A stretch of 64,000 nucleotides of DNA from Blastocladiella emersonii ATCC 22665 (lineage: Eukaryota > Fungi > Blastocladiomycota). The position numbers and the translations under genes were made by a program. The stretch covers positions 434,001 through 498,000 of the forward strand of contig JANHCV010000002.1 of assembly GCA_025594325.1 (NCBI GenBank), in the 5' to 3' direction. This document shows, piece by piece, positions 31,871-42,860 of the stretch. Position 1 is the first letter of the stretch. Each line of letters opens with the position of its first letter. Below the pieces are notes generated by a model. That model was not told where the DNA came from and did no database searches. It saw only the letters and a list, made by a program, of their open reading frames with translations.

Positions 31871-34021
31871 TTAGGGGAACATGGCGTCAAGGATTAAAAC
31901 AAGCTGCGGCGGCACGGTTTCGCGTCCGCCGACCACGTTGAACGGCGCGCTGCCTGCGACTGCCGCTCGTGGTCCAACAATCGCCGCAATGAGCGAGCGA
32001 ACAGCACTGATTTCTTCCGTGCTCGGCACTAGTACATCCGCCTCTTGATCGAGGCACAGCTTCAGGTCAACGCTCACAGGGAGCGGCGACGGATTGATCG
32101 AATGCCGCGCGACCATGTCGAGCAGCGCACGCCAAACCTGCATCCGCGCGTGGCCGACGTGCCACGAGAGCTGGTACACTCGGCACGGCGAGTTCATAGG
32201 AGGCCGGATCGCGGGCGTGAGCTGCGCCATGCTCACACCGTACCCGGCACCGTGCACATCGAGGCGGCGGAGATGCGGCCTTGACGTCAACCATTCGAGA
32301 AAGCTCGGCGGAACAGTAGCGCCTGTTTTCAATGACGATGACATGGGGAAGTGGAGCTCCACTCCGCGAAGCTGGTCCATGGGTTCGTGAACTGGCGGCC
32401 GAACAGCGGACGCGCGCGGAACGACGCGGACCACCAGCTTGCGCACGTTTGGGATGCCAACGCCGGCTTGCGCGATCTCGTCCAAGTGAGTGGAACGAAT
32501 ATCAAGCATGTCGAGGTGCGGGAGCGAGGCACCGGTCAGGTTCACGCGATGATCGCGAATCCGAAGCTCTTTGAGCCCACTGAAAGCGGCAAGCGACAGG
32601 ACTTTGGCGGCAGTTGCGGCACCTGGCACATCGGGGACGCAGAGGAGGTCCAGGCGCTCGAGTCGCGGAGCCGTGACACCAAACCTGCCAAAGAGCCGGT
32701 TGCAGAAAGCCGAGGAAGCGGTCAGCGATTTGAGACTGAGGAGCGACTGGCCTTCAGTCACTGCACTCCCGAGTCCAAGCAGCTTGGCCGAGTAGAACTC
32801 GACGTGCTCGAGCGTCGGGATCGCAAACAGCGTCGTGAGGTGATCCATGGTGATGGGCAGGACCGTATCGTCGACCCACTGGGTCAGAGCGGGTACACAC
32901 GCGGGAGCGAAAATACTCGCCCCCGACATGAGCGGCGTAAAGTCGGGGACTTGCCAGGCATTTTGGTGGTGAATACTGACGCGTCGCAGCCGAGGAAGCG
33001 TGGCGGCGTGTCGCATGAGATCCGAGGGCACGCGTCGCAACTCGAGCGACTCGAGTGAGGGCGGCAGCGACGCAACGAATTGGCGCAGTACCTCCTCGGA
33101 CGCGCCGTGCTCGTCGAAACGGGTTCGAGTCCGCGTGAAACTGAGGTGGTGAAGCCGGTCCATGGTCGCGACGGAAGCCAAAAAGTGCGATGCGGCCGTA
33201 AAGTTGATCGAGTCAAGAACAAGGTCGTTGCAAAAAGGAGCCGCCGGGAGTCCGTAGACTGTAGTAGTGCCGCAAGGTCTGTGGACGATGATCAGCCGAC
33301 GCAAGTTGGGCAGCACGACAGGAGCGAGATCGACAACAATGTCCGTTCCAAATGCTCGGTTATCCTGCAGCGTCAGGCTGCGAAGGTGTTCGCGCCACGG
33401 TGACTTGAATGCCGCCGCGAGGCCGCTCGTCGTAAACGTGGTTGGATCGAGAGCGAGGTGTTGAAGGCCAGGGGTATGGTCCAGCACGCGTTTCAACAAT
33501 TGGTTGCTGCTCTTGATGTTGAGCAATGGGCGGCCGGTGGTTGCACCCGACTCGTTTCGCTCCAGCGGCATCCCACGAAGATCCAGAAAGCGGATGTGCT
33601 CCATTGGGTACGCGATCGTTGTCACGAGCGCGTCGTTGATGAGAAGCCGACGGATGGTCCCGTCGGCGCAAAAGCCACGACGGCCTGAGGCGAGCACCCA
33701 TTGAGAATCACCGGGCGCTGCCTCGAGAGCGGGAAACGTGTCGCTTCCCGGGAGCGCATTTGAGGCCGCGGTAGCTGCCCGCAAGACGGCAAAGAGCTGT
33801 GTCCGGGTAACGTCCTTGAGCACTCGGCAGGTTGCGCCCAGTCGGAGCAGCTGGCGAGCCCGTGTGCGGGGGTCAAAGCCGTCCACGTCCGCGTCGTCGC
33901 TGCGTTGCTCCCACTGCGCCAAGTCGACCGGCGCGAGCCACTCGACCACACGTTCGAGGATCTCGTGCGGGAGGTCCCTCAGTCCAATGCAGCAAGTTTC
34001 ATTCCGTTCATTCGATTCCAT
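31871..34021 (-). CDS. Intronless F-box-like + leucine-rich-repeat protein, copy 1
   Basis: IGLRDLPHEILERVV F-box-like start; LxxLxL repeats (IRFLDLRG, LQHLALDP, LESLELRR); homologous to the genes at 34177 and 38067. Confidence 0.75.
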   Translation of the reverse strand: MESNERNETCCIGLRDLPHEILERVVEWLAPVDLAQWEQRSDDADVDGFDPRTRARQLLRLGATCRVLKDVTRTQLFAVLRAATAASNALPGSDTFPALEAAPGDSQWVLASGRRGFCADGTIRRLLINDALVTTIAYPMEHIRFLDLRGMPLERNESGATTGRPLLNIKSSNQLLKRVLDHTPGLQHLALDPTTFTTSGLAAAFKSPWREHLRSLTLQDNRAFGTDIVVDLAPVVLPNLRRLIIVHRPCGTTTVYGLPAAPFCNDLVLDSINFTAASHFLASVATMDRLHHLSFTRTRTRFDEHGASEEVLRQFVASLPPSLESLELRRVPSDLMRHAATLPRLRRVSIHHQNAWQVPDFTPLMSGASIFAPACVPALTQWVDDTVLPITMDHLTTLFAIPTLEHVEFYSAKLLGLGSAVTEGQSLLSLKSLTASSAFCNRLFGRFGVTAPRLERLDLLCVPDVPGAATAAKVLSLAAFSGLKELRIRDHRVNLTGASLPHLDMLDIRSTHLDEIAQAGVGIPNVRKLVVRVVPRASAVRPPVHEPMDQLRGVELHFPMSSSLKTGATVPPSFLEWLTSRPHLRRLDVHGAGYGVSMAQLTPAIRPPMNSPCRVYQLSWHVGHARMQVWRALLDMVARHSINPSPLPVSVDLKLCLDQEADVLVPSTEEISAVRSLIAAIVGPRAAVAGSAPFNVVGGRETVPPQLVLILDAMFP

Positions 34022-34176
34022 TGTCCGATCCGTGGTCGCCGTCTGTGAGCAGACTCGAGCCCCGCTCGCTGTGCGATAGCGCCCGATTGCGGCGGCGCCA
34101 CATCACATGATAGATTGACGCGTCTCGCGTCACAAAGTCTGCTTCGGGATCGTTCGAAAACCGAGAGCAGAGTGTA

Positions 34177-36395
34177 TTACTCGAGAATGCCACGCACGAC
34201 TTCCGAGATGGCGGGCGGCAACGGACCGCCGACGCCAACGACGATGAGTGACGGAGCGGGTGCTCCAGCTCGCGGCCCCATGAGCTCGGCGGCAAATTTG
34301 CGCACAATCGTCACCTCCGCGTCCTGCGGGAGCGCGAGCTTCGAAAAGGCACCGATGCAGTCGACTTTCAGCTCGAAACGAGAAAGCGGCGCGGCCGTAA
34401 GCGTGCGGAAGACATCCAACGCCATGTCCCAGAACCACGGCTCGCTGGATACCGTGTCCCAAGTGACGGAGTACGCGTAGGAGAAACCTCCAGTCGGCAG
34501 CCGCGTCGCTACCGTCGTCATTGACGTCCGCGTGGTAGCCTGCGAGCCGCCGACCCAAACTTTCAGCTGGCGAAGTTTGGGGCGCGAGATCAGCCACTTG
34601 AACATGCACGGGGACATGGTCATTGGCGATGTTTGAGGGCTCACACGGGTGGCCACTTGGACCCGTTCAAGCTTGAGCAGAAGATCTCCGCTGGGCGGGA
34701 CAAGCGCGAGCGGTGCCTGCGACGCGACCGCAGAGTCGACATCAAGGTCCTGCAGATTTGGAAGCGCGACCGAACCTGCGTGATCTCGTTCAAGTGGTGC
34801 GGGAGAATGTGGAGCGATTTCAGATTGGGAAATGAAGCGCCGTTCAACGAGACATCACTTGCAGCGACCAGCGATAGTTCGACGAGGTGGGCAAATGTGG
34901 GGAGTTGAAGGAGGTCGCAAGCGCGAGGACTGGTAGAGTGTAGCTGTGACAATGGGGAGAGGAGACTGAGGTACTCCAGGTGAGGTGCCGTGGCAGCAAA
35001 TCCGCCTTCGCCAAACAACTGCGCGCAGACGGTTGCTGGTGCGGTGAGCGACTTGAGGTTCAAAGCCTGCGGGAACAGCGGAGTGTTTGCTGGTGCGTGT
35101 CGCGGCAAGTTCAGGTCGAGCGTGACTGTTTCAAGAGAAAGTGCCGCAGCGAGCGCCTGATGAATCTCGAAAGAGTCAGGCGTCATTGACCCGCTGCCAC
35201 CATTGCACTGAAGGCTCCAGGTGACAAGTGCTGGTAGACGAGACGGGTCAAAGAGTTCAGGCGACTCGTAGGACCCGTTGGCGTCGGGCCGTGAACTGGT
35301 CAAGTCAACGACGGAAATGGACCGCAGCTGTGGCAGGACCGCGATGTTACGCAGAAAGTTAGCTGGCACACCTCGAAGGACGATCGACTCAAGAGACGGA
35401 GGAAGTGACGCTGCGAGAAGCTGCATGGTTGACGGCGACACGCCGCCGGACGACTTGAGGCTGTTGGCATGCTTGAATTCGAAGTGGCGAAGATGGACCA
35501 TAGTGGAGATGGAGGTTGCCGCTGCCGCTGCAAACTTGACCGATTCCAGCACAAGGTGTGCGCAAAGAGGGACGATAGGAAGGCTTGTCACATGAACGAG
35601 ACTGTTCGAGATTGGCCGACGCTCAACGAGAACCAAGCGGTGGAGAGCTGGCATGTGAATGCCAGCGAGATCAAGGTTGACGTACGATTTCTCGGGTCCG
35701 CAGGCTTGCAGCACCAAGGATTTGAGGTTCGGGCGCCACGACGAATCAAGTACGGCAGCAATGTCGTCTCGAACGAGGACCGTCGGGTCGAAGGCAAGGT
35801 GCTGCAAACTGGGAGTACGACCAAGAATCTGCGTAACGAGCAAACTGCTCGCACGCAGACGGGCCTGCGCGGCGGCATGGCCTCGCTTGGTCGAGGTTTC
35901 GAGCGGCAAGGACCGCAGGTCGAGGTAGCGGATGCGGTCCATTGGGTACGGGAGCGTTTGGTACGGCAACGATGGCGAGGCCGAGTCTTGAGCAGCAAGG
36001 CGGAAGATGAACCCGTCAGAGCGGAACGCGCAGTGGCCAGAGACAAAGCTCCAAGGGCTAGTGCCGCCACTAGCTGCCAGCGTGGGAAAGGTGCTGTGCG
36101 TGGCCAGGGCGGTGCGCCGCGAGCCCTTGGCCGTCAACGCCGCGAAAAGCTCGCGCTGCGTGACCTCGTACATGCCTCGGCACGTTAGGCCAAGTGCGAG
36201 AAGGGCAAGGCAGCGCGTGCGCAGGTCAATTCCGTCGACAATGTCCATGTTGTCGCTGGCGCGATGCTTTGCCTTGTCCGCCGACTCGCGCCAGACATCA
36301 AAGTGGGCAAGCTGCGCGACGACGAGGGCGAGGACCTCGCGCGGGAGGTCGCACATCCCAATGCGGCGAGTCGTTGCGGTTTCATTCGCGTCCAT
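34177..36395 (-). pseudogene. F-box-like + LRR protein, copy 2, with a 1-nt frameshift near 34772
   Basis: Homology to the paralogs (ALPNL..KWLISRPKLRQL) continues in a different frame after HLNEITQ, joining ORFs 34641-36407 and 34177-34656. Confidence 0.65.
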
Positions 36396-36528
36396 GGTGA
36401 CTCTCATTCGATGTCCAGGGAGCGGGGACGAGTGCCTGACACCTGACTGAGCGACGCGAGGAACGCACTAGTGACTCGACCGACCGTCGCGTGCTGGCCG
36501 CTTCTTTCCGCTCCGCAACCCTATTGCC

Positions 36529-37794
36529 ATGAAACACGCCATGAATACAGGTCAAAACTCGATGCAACGCTTGCCTTATGAGCTGGTCGAGGACATCCTT
36601 GTGTGGGCCATCCGCGTCGACCCGCGTGGCACCGACCAGCTACCACTGCTCCGCGTCGCACCAGGTCTCGCTCAACTTCATCATGCTGCACTCCGCCGTT
36701 CTTTGCACGACCGAATCCAGCGCGCCTTAAACCCGAAGAATCAGATGCTGCGCAAGGCTCTCATTGATTGCCGCAGCAACCCTTACCCGACCGATCCCAA
36801 CCAGCTTCACTTCTACCTGTCGTTGCTCTGCGTCGACGGTCGTGTTGACCTGCTCAATTCGTGGTCTGAGTTCGGTGGGAAGCTGCCCAAGTCGCCCGAC
36901 TTCATCGACCTCGCATCCGCGGCTGGCCAAGTTCCCGTGCTGAACTGGCTCTGCTCCAAGGACCGATCGATTCAGTATACGGAGCGCGCACTTGATGAAC
37001 CAGCCCGCTCCCGGAAGCTTAAAACGCTGGAATGGTGGACCCGAGGTCCGCTCGCGCCCAAAGCTTCCCCTCGGCTACTCACCGAGGCCATCGAACGCGA
37101 CGACCCAAAACTTGTTCACTTGCTTTACAATTGTGGCCTCAGCGCTGTCGACAACCAGGGCAAGCAAGATGGGGCGCTCGAGGCGGCGCTTGTCTCAGGT
37201 AGCTTCAAGGTAATTTACAGCCTCGGCGTGGACGATAAACGGCTCCGCGAATACGTTAGCTGGAATAGGCTTCTCCCCCGCGTCATTGACGTGGAGAGCA
37301 TTGACTCGCTTGACTGGATTCGCTATCATGTCTGTGACGCGTGGATCGCGCTTCTCAACGTCGACGATTACGAGATTCCAACCCAAGCGCTGACCCGCGC
37401 TGGCAAGTCGGACGCAACTGCCTTTTCGACTCGTGCTGCTGCGGCTTCTCCACCACGCAATACTTTCAACGAGGACGTCGAGAAGAACAAGGCTTTCTCG
37501 AATGCCGTTTGGCACTCGGTGCTTGCTTACGCCAATCGAAACAGCAAGACGCGCGTGCTTGCCTGGCTCATCCGCGGGTCACTTCGCGACACGTTCGTCA
37601 CTCCAATCGAGTGGCTTGGCGTCGCCTCGAGCGATGACGAAGACGCGGTCCTCGCCCGGCTCGAGTGGTGGAGGAACTCGGGTCTCAATCTGCCGTGCGT
37701 CGCGGCGAGCTACGCCCTCAGTGCCGCGACATCGCTCGGGTTTGAGAGGATTGCCGCGTGGTGGCGCGAGTCGGGTCTCATTGACGACGAGTGA
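36529..37794 (+). CDS. Intronless F-box-like + degenerate ankyrin-repeat protein, head-to-head with LRR copy 2
   Basis: RLPYELVEDILVWA, DLASAAGQVPVLNWL, DDEDAVLARLEWWRNSG; close paralog of 40391. Confidence 0.8.
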   Translation: MKHAMNTGQNSMQRLPYELVEDILVWAIRVDPRGTDQLPLLRVAPGLAQLHHAALRRSLHDRIQRALNPKNQMLRKALIDCRSNPYPTDPNQLHFYLSLLCVDGRVDLLNSWSEFGGKLPKSPDFIDLASAAGQVPVLNWLCSKDRSIQYTERALDEPARSRKLKTLEWWTRGPLAPKASPRLLTEAIERDDPKLVHLLYNCGLSAVDNQGKQDGALEAALVSGSFKVIYSLGVDDKRLREYVSWNRLLPRVIDVESIDSLDWIRYHVCDAWIALLNVDDYEIPTQALTRAGKSDATAFSTRAAAASPPRNTFNEDVEKNKAFSNAVWHSVLAYANRNSKTRVLAWLIRGSLRDTFVTPIEWLGVASSDDEDAVLARLEWWRNSGLNLPCVAASYALSAATSLGFERIAAWWRESGLIDDE

Positions 37795-38066
37795 TGCGGC
37801 ATCCATGTTTCGCCGCTTGTCGGCAGTGCGCTCAATACATCATACTCATGTTCGATCTTGTGTTTGGTTCTTTGGCCGAATGAATAGCTTGAGGTCAGCC
37901 GCGACGCGCGCAGTACAACGGACATCCTGAAACAGGTCGCGTTGCGCCACATCACGCCACAAAGCTGGAAAACTAACACCATGAACCAAATACCGGGAAA
38001 ACGCATTATCTGAAGCCATGTAAGGGGGCACCGTACGAATGGATGAAATATTTAATTCAAGCCCGT

Positions 38067-40247
38067 TCATTGGTCAACAGCACGGCGAATCGCGCTCATG
38101 AAGTGAGTAGGCAGCGGGCCGCTTACGCCAGCAACGTTGATTGGAATTGAAATTTGACCCGGACGTTGCTCTGTGACGACGTTCAGAAAGCTGCGAACTT
38201 GATTGACCTCGTCCAACGTTGGCAAACAAACTCCTCCGTCAACACCAACGTAGTCGACCGCGAGCCGCACATGTGCGAGCGGAAGCTTAACGATTGCCTT
38301 CAATGCCGCAGCGGTGGGCGACCAAAATTCGTTGTAGTTGACAACCGTGTCCCACGTTGCTTGAAGCACGACATCAGGGCTCGCCGATCGCAGACCAGTC
38401 GCGGTGACTGCTGCATGCGTCCGCGTAGCCGGTTGGTCGCTGCCACTGACATGGATCTTGAATCTGTGAAGACTCGGGCGGGACGTAAGCCAGGCCAACA
38501 TGTCGAGATCGGCATACAAGTGCGGCGATTGGGAACTCGAGCGGGTGTAAACCTCGACCGTTTCAAGGTGTGGAATCGGCTCGCCAGTAAGCTGGACAAA
38601 AGCGACTTGCTCCAGGGACGAAGTCGCGGTAACGAAAAGCTTTCGAACGTTTGGAACGACAGCGAGACCATTCACAATTTCGTTGAGATGGGTGGGCTGG
38701 ATGTGCAGGGTCTCGATTGCGCGAAACGTGGTGCCGGACAACGAGAGATCGATCGTTTTGGCAATGGAGAGTTGTACGAGGTCGGCGAACACCGGAAGCT
38801 GGAGCAGGTTCGTATCCTCAGGCAAGCCAGAGGCGCCACGCGGGCTGTTGACAAGAGGCGAAAGTAGCATGAGGCGCCGTAGCTGCGGCGCGTCTGCAGC
38901 GATTTTGGAGTTGGAAAAGAGCTGCATGCAGATTGACGAAGATACAATCAACGACTCCATATTTGAGAGCGTAAGGCCCTTGGGCAAGTCGGTGGGAAGC
39001 ATTGGCAGCGTATGGAGATCAAGTTTGACAGTCTGGAGCGCTGAGGCGGCAAAAAGCTCCTTGTGCAGGCGCAATGAGTTTTTGTGCCTGGTCTGGACAT
39101 TCCACTCCTTCAGCGCGGGAAACCGGGATGAATCCAAGACGGCCAAATGTGCGATATTAGATCTCGGAGGTAGTTGTGCATAATCAATCGCGTGGACGGA
39201 TCGAAGGCTCGGCAAAGCTGGAGCGAAGCGCATGAAATCGACCAGGGCGCCCCGAAGCACAATGGATTCGAGCGACGTCGGGAGTGACCGCGCGAGAAAC
39301 TCCATGGCCTCGCGTGTCGCGCCGTCGTGAAGCCCAAGCCGCTTCGAGCGCGTGTACGTCAAGTGTTTGAGGTTGGCCATGGACGCGATCGAGATCGGTA
39401 TCGTGCTGGCAAATCCAGTCGAGTTGAGAAGAAGTGAGGTGATTTGTGGGGCGGTCGGCAGGTTGACGATAGCGGTGTCGATGCAGCTCAAATGGCGGAG
39501 CTTGGGGAGCACGACCGTGGCGAGGTCCGCGCGGCGCTGCCGTTCCGGGATCAATGTGTCCTGGAGAATCATGACTTCGAGCTTGTCCCGCCACGGCGCA
39601 TCAAACGCGAGCACAGCACCTTGAGGCGTAAGTGCGGTCGGAGAAAGCGCGAGCTGACGCAGCTCTGGAGTGTGTCGCAGCAGCTGGATGATCGTCATGG
39701 TACCAGAAGCAAATCCATGCGGAGCAGAAACGTTTTCGCCAGGTAGCAGCTCGTGACACTCGGTCGAAAGCCGTCGCAAGTCGAGAGATCGAATGTAATG
39801 CATCGGGAACAGGGCGGTGCTGTTAGAAGTGCATGAGTTGACGGAAAGCACTCTGGAGAGCGTCCCGTCTGACTGCACAGCAAAGCGTTTAGACGAGAAG
39901 CGCCACGGATTCGAGCCATCGTCGTCCTTGAGACGCGCGTGGTAAGGATGCTTTCCGGAGAACACGTCGAGTTCCAGGTCAAGCGCAGCGTATAGGGCCT
40001 GCCGCGTGATGTCCCACATGTCGCGACAGGTCAGACCGAGAGCAAGGAGATTGAGATGGCGAGCGGCCAGATCAAACCCAACGTAGTCGTTGTCGTCGAC
40101 AATGTCGCGGTTGCGCTGGCGCGACCAGTCGGTACGTTCCCAGCACAGGTTGAAGCGTGCGAGGTGCGCGACGACAAAGTTGAGGACTTCGCACGGCAAG
40201 TCGCCGAGCCCGATGCAGAGAGTCTTGCCTGTTTCATTGGCTTGCAT
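38067..40247 (-). CDS. Intronless F-box-like + LRR protein, copy 3
   Basis: IGLGDLPCEVLNFVV, IRSLDLRR, LRQLALSP, LESIVLRG; collinear with copies 1 and 2. Confidence 0.78.
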   Translation of the reverse strand: MQANETGKTLCIGLGDLPCEVLNFVVAHLARFNLCWERTDWSRQRNRDIVDDNDYVGFDLAARHLNLLALGLTCRDMWDITRQALYAALDLELDVFSGKHPYHARLKDDDGSNPWRFSSKRFAVQSDGTLSRVLSVNSCTSNSTALFPMHYIRSLDLRRLSTECHELLPGENVSAPHGFASGTMTIIQLLRHTPELRQLALSPTALTPQGAVLAFDAPWRDKLEVMILQDTLIPERQRRADLATVVLPKLRHLSCIDTAIVNLPTAPQITSLLLNSTGFASTIPISIASMANLKHLTYTRSKRLGLHDGATREAMEFLARSLPTSLESIVLRGALVDFMRFAPALPSLRSVHAIDYAQLPPRSNIAHLAVLDSSRFPALKEWNVQTRHKNSLRLHKELFAASALQTVKLDLHTLPMLPTDLPKGLTLSNMESLIVSSSICMQLFSNSKIAADAPQLRRLMLLSPLVNSPRGASGLPEDTNLLQLPVFADLVQLSIAKTIDLSLSGTTFRAIETLHIQPTHLNEIVNGLAVVPNVRKLFVTATSSLEQVAFVQLTGEPIPHLETVEVYTRSSSQSPHLYADLDMLAWLTSRPSLHRFKIHVSGSDQPATRTHAAVTATGLRSASPDVVLQATWDTVVNYNEFWSPTAAALKAIVKLPLAHVRLAVDYVGVDGGVCLPTLDEVNQVRSFLNVVTEQRPGQISIPINVAGVSGPLPTHFMSAIRRAVDQ

Positions 40248-40390
40248 GATGTGTTGACATTGGGTGAGGAGAGCACTTCCAGCGGCCGATAACGTGAGAA
40301 CTTCCCTGTGGCGGCGCAACGCGACGCGTCGGCGTGGGACTCGAGCGCCCGGCTGTGTCCAGTTGCTCTCCGCAGCCCGCCTTCACCACC

Positions 40391-41641
40391 ATGCTACACG
40401 CCATGAACACAGTTCAAGACATCATGCAACGCTTGCCTTATGAGCTGGTCGAGGACATACTCGTGTGGGCCATCCGCGTCGACCCGCGTGGCATCGACCC
40501 GCTGCCGCTCCTCGGCGTCGCACCAGGTCTCGCTCGGCTCCGCAGCGCAGCGCTTCGCTTGTCGCTCCACGAACGCTTTCGACGCGCCTTGGATCCGAAG
40601 AACCAGGCGCTGCGCACGAAGCTCATCGACTGCCGCAGTCGCCCGCTGCCGGCCGATCCCGACCAGGTCCACTTCTATCTCTTGCTGCTTTGCGTCGACG
40701 GCCATCGGAAACTGCTGGAAGAGTGGTGCGAGTCCGGCCGCAAGCTGCCAATATCGCCCGACTACGCGGACCTTGCGTCGGCTGCTGGCCAGCTCGACGT
40801 GCTCAACTGGTTCCGCCTCTATGCTCCTTCCTTCCAATATTCGGAGCGGGCAATCGACGAGGCAGCGCGCGCGCGAAAGCTCAAGTCGCTCCAGTGGAGG
40901 TCGCAGAGCGGACTCCGGATCAAGGCATCGCCTCGCTTGCTCACCGAAGCCATTGAGCGAGACGAGCCGAACGTCGTCCATTTGCTGTACGCCTGCGGCC
41001 TCGACCCGGTCGACGACTTGGGAAAGCAGGAGGGTGCTCTCGAGGCGGCTCTCGTCGCGGGCAGCTTCAAGGTTATCAATAGCCTCGACATCACCCCGAA
41101 ACGGCTTCGCAAATACATCGAGTGGGGAAAGCTTATCCCTCGCCTCATTGAAATAGAGCGCGTGGATGCACTCGAGTGGATTGCCATAAACGTTGAGCCG
41201 CAGTGGATTCCGTTCATCCGGGTCGACGACTACAAGATTCCACCCGAGGCTTTCAACCGCGCGGGCAAGTCGGATGCCACTGCTTTCTCGACTCGAGCTG
41301 TTGCGGCCGCGTCAGCTCATTTGCTTCGCGAAGAAAATCCCAACCTGGTTGAGTATCGCAGCGCGCTTTGGGACTCGGTCCTCGCGTACGCCAATCGAAA
41401 GAACAAGACGCGTGTTTTGAAGTGGCTCACCCGCAATGAGCCCAAGTGCCCGATTGAATGGCTCGGCGTTGCCGAGGGCGACGACGAGGACGCGGTTCTC
41501 AAGCGGCTCGAGTGGTGGAAAAACTCGGGTCTCACTCTTCCGTCCGTGGCAGCGACCTATGCCGTTCGCACCGCGGAGAAGCTCGGGTTTGACCGTATCG
41601 TCGCGTGGTGGCGCGACTCTGGCCTCGTCAAGGTCGCGTGA
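40391..41641 (+). CDS. Intronless F-box-like + degenerate ankyrin-repeat protein, head-to-head with LRR copy 3
   Basis: MQRLPYELVEDILVWAIRVDPRG identical to 36529; RAGKSDATAFSTRA shared. Confidence 0.8.
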   Translation: MLHAMNTVQDIMQRLPYELVEDILVWAIRVDPRGIDPLPLLGVAPGLARLRSAALRLSLHERFRRALDPKNQALRTKLIDCRSRPLPADPDQVHFYLLLLCVDGHRKLLEEWCESGRKLPISPDYADLASAAGQLDVLNWFRLYAPSFQYSERAIDEAARARKLKSLQWRSQSGLRIKASPRLLTEAIERDEPNVVHLLYACGLDPVDDLGKQEGALEAALVAGSFKVINSLDITPKRLRKYIEWGKLIPRLIEIERVDALEWIAINVEPQWIPFIRVDDYKIPPEAFNRAGKSDATAFSTRAVAAASAHLLREENPNLVEYRSALWDSVLAYANRKNKTRVLKWLTRNEPKCPIEWLGVAEGDDEDAVLKRLEWWKNSGLTLPSVAATYAVRTAEKLGFDRIVAWWRDSGLVKVA

Positions 41642-42060
41642 TTGCAGGATCCGTTCTGCTTGTTGAGACATTTCGCGCGGGGAACGCGTTTCATACAATC
41701 AAATTTTCCAATGGTCGTGATCACCGACATTGCCTCGGCAGGCGATTGCGCGATGTGGCTGACGTCAGGGGTACTTGCCGACGTGCGGGGTCCTGAAACG
41801 AGACGCGTTGCGCCACAGCTGCGCCACACTCGAAACGCCCCTGATACCGGGGATCAAGACCACAACAACGCCGTACAGGTCGTGGCCGTGGGCGGCGTTG
41901 CGCGCCGATGGACAAACAACTCGACGAGCTACTCGCAAACGAGGACTCGGGCGGGAGACACACACAGATGTAAATTAATCACGGTATATACATCTAGTAA
42001 TGAACGCCTCGTCATCGCGTGTCCGCCCACTTGTGGAGCGCAAACAAACTACTAGGACTA

Positions 42061-42247
42061 ACCCGAAAGGAACCGCCGTCCTCGCTTCCGGTCGCGGCAT
42101 CGAGGACCCCATCTTGTCGGTCCGAGCCAGCCAAAACTACTCCATTGAGACCTCGAGCGCGCCGCCGACCCACCCGAAAGGCACCGTACATCTCTTTGTC
42201 ACAGGTGGGGTCAGACTACGAGGACCCTCCATCTTGTCGGTCCGAGC
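42061..42247. repeat. Two-copy imperfect direct repeat (~110-120-nt period): ACCCGAAAGG(A/C)ACCG ... CGAGGACCC(TC)CATCTTGTCGGTCCGAGC
   Basis: Copies at 42061/42101 and 42172/42219. Confidence 0.7.
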
Positions 42248-42409
42248 GACGATGGGGCGCGCGAGTCTCTGGCACGCACGCGCGCGGGATTGAGGACCAT
42301 ACAAGATACCACACGCGCGCGCGCGGCCGGTACTTGCGGAACAGGATGTGCACGCGCACGCATACCACTGAGTGGCATGCGCGCGGTGGCTTCTACACGC
42401 GGGGACGCG

Positions 42410-42860
42410 TTAGTTGAGGAGCACGACAAGGAGCGCTCAGAGTCGGATCCGTCCCTTAGATGTGCGAGCGCGAGCGTGCCGAGTCTTGGCCAGGCCGTCG
42501 TGGCTTTCGAGGATGATGACGACGACGCGCGAGAGCAGCCCTTGGTGATGATGATCTTGGCGATGCCGACCGTCGACAAGACCAGGCGCTCGAGGCCGAC
42601 GAGGTGCAGCGCGACGTCGATTTGGGCGAGACGCGGCGCGCTGGTCACGGGCAGCAGCAGCGCGAGCGCGAGCACGAGTCGATCATGGCGAGGTACTTAA
42701 CGATGATGGCGATGAGGCAGCGCTTGATGAGGTCGCGGTGGAACGCCGGGGTTGATGGCCGTGGTGGACCGCGACCATGGTGACGAGGTTGTGGTCGTGC
42801 TCCTTGATCGAGCCTTGGTACGTTGCAGCAAGTGAGGGTAGTGGAAGATTATAATCATGG
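42410..42860 (-). pseudogene. Possible decayed membrane-protein gene
   Basis: Codon-like hydrophobic segments (RDLIKRCLIAIIVKYLAMID; LALALLLPVT; LSTVGIAKIIITKG) lie in different frames; TATA-like ctataag near 42915. Confidence 0.25.

Noticed and set aside
33118-33135. GGTTCGAGTCC tRNA T-loop-like text
   Set aside because: Lies inside the LRR coding region and no cloverleaf can be formed.
31871-41641. Endogenous giant-virus or transposon insertion
   Set aside because: No capsid, polymerase, integrase, transposase or terminal repeats were seen; viral ancestry of the ankyrin family is kept only as a hypothesis.
42061-42247. Hammerhead ribozyme or CRISPR-like array
   Set aside because: No CUGAUGA core, only two copies, eukaryotic context.
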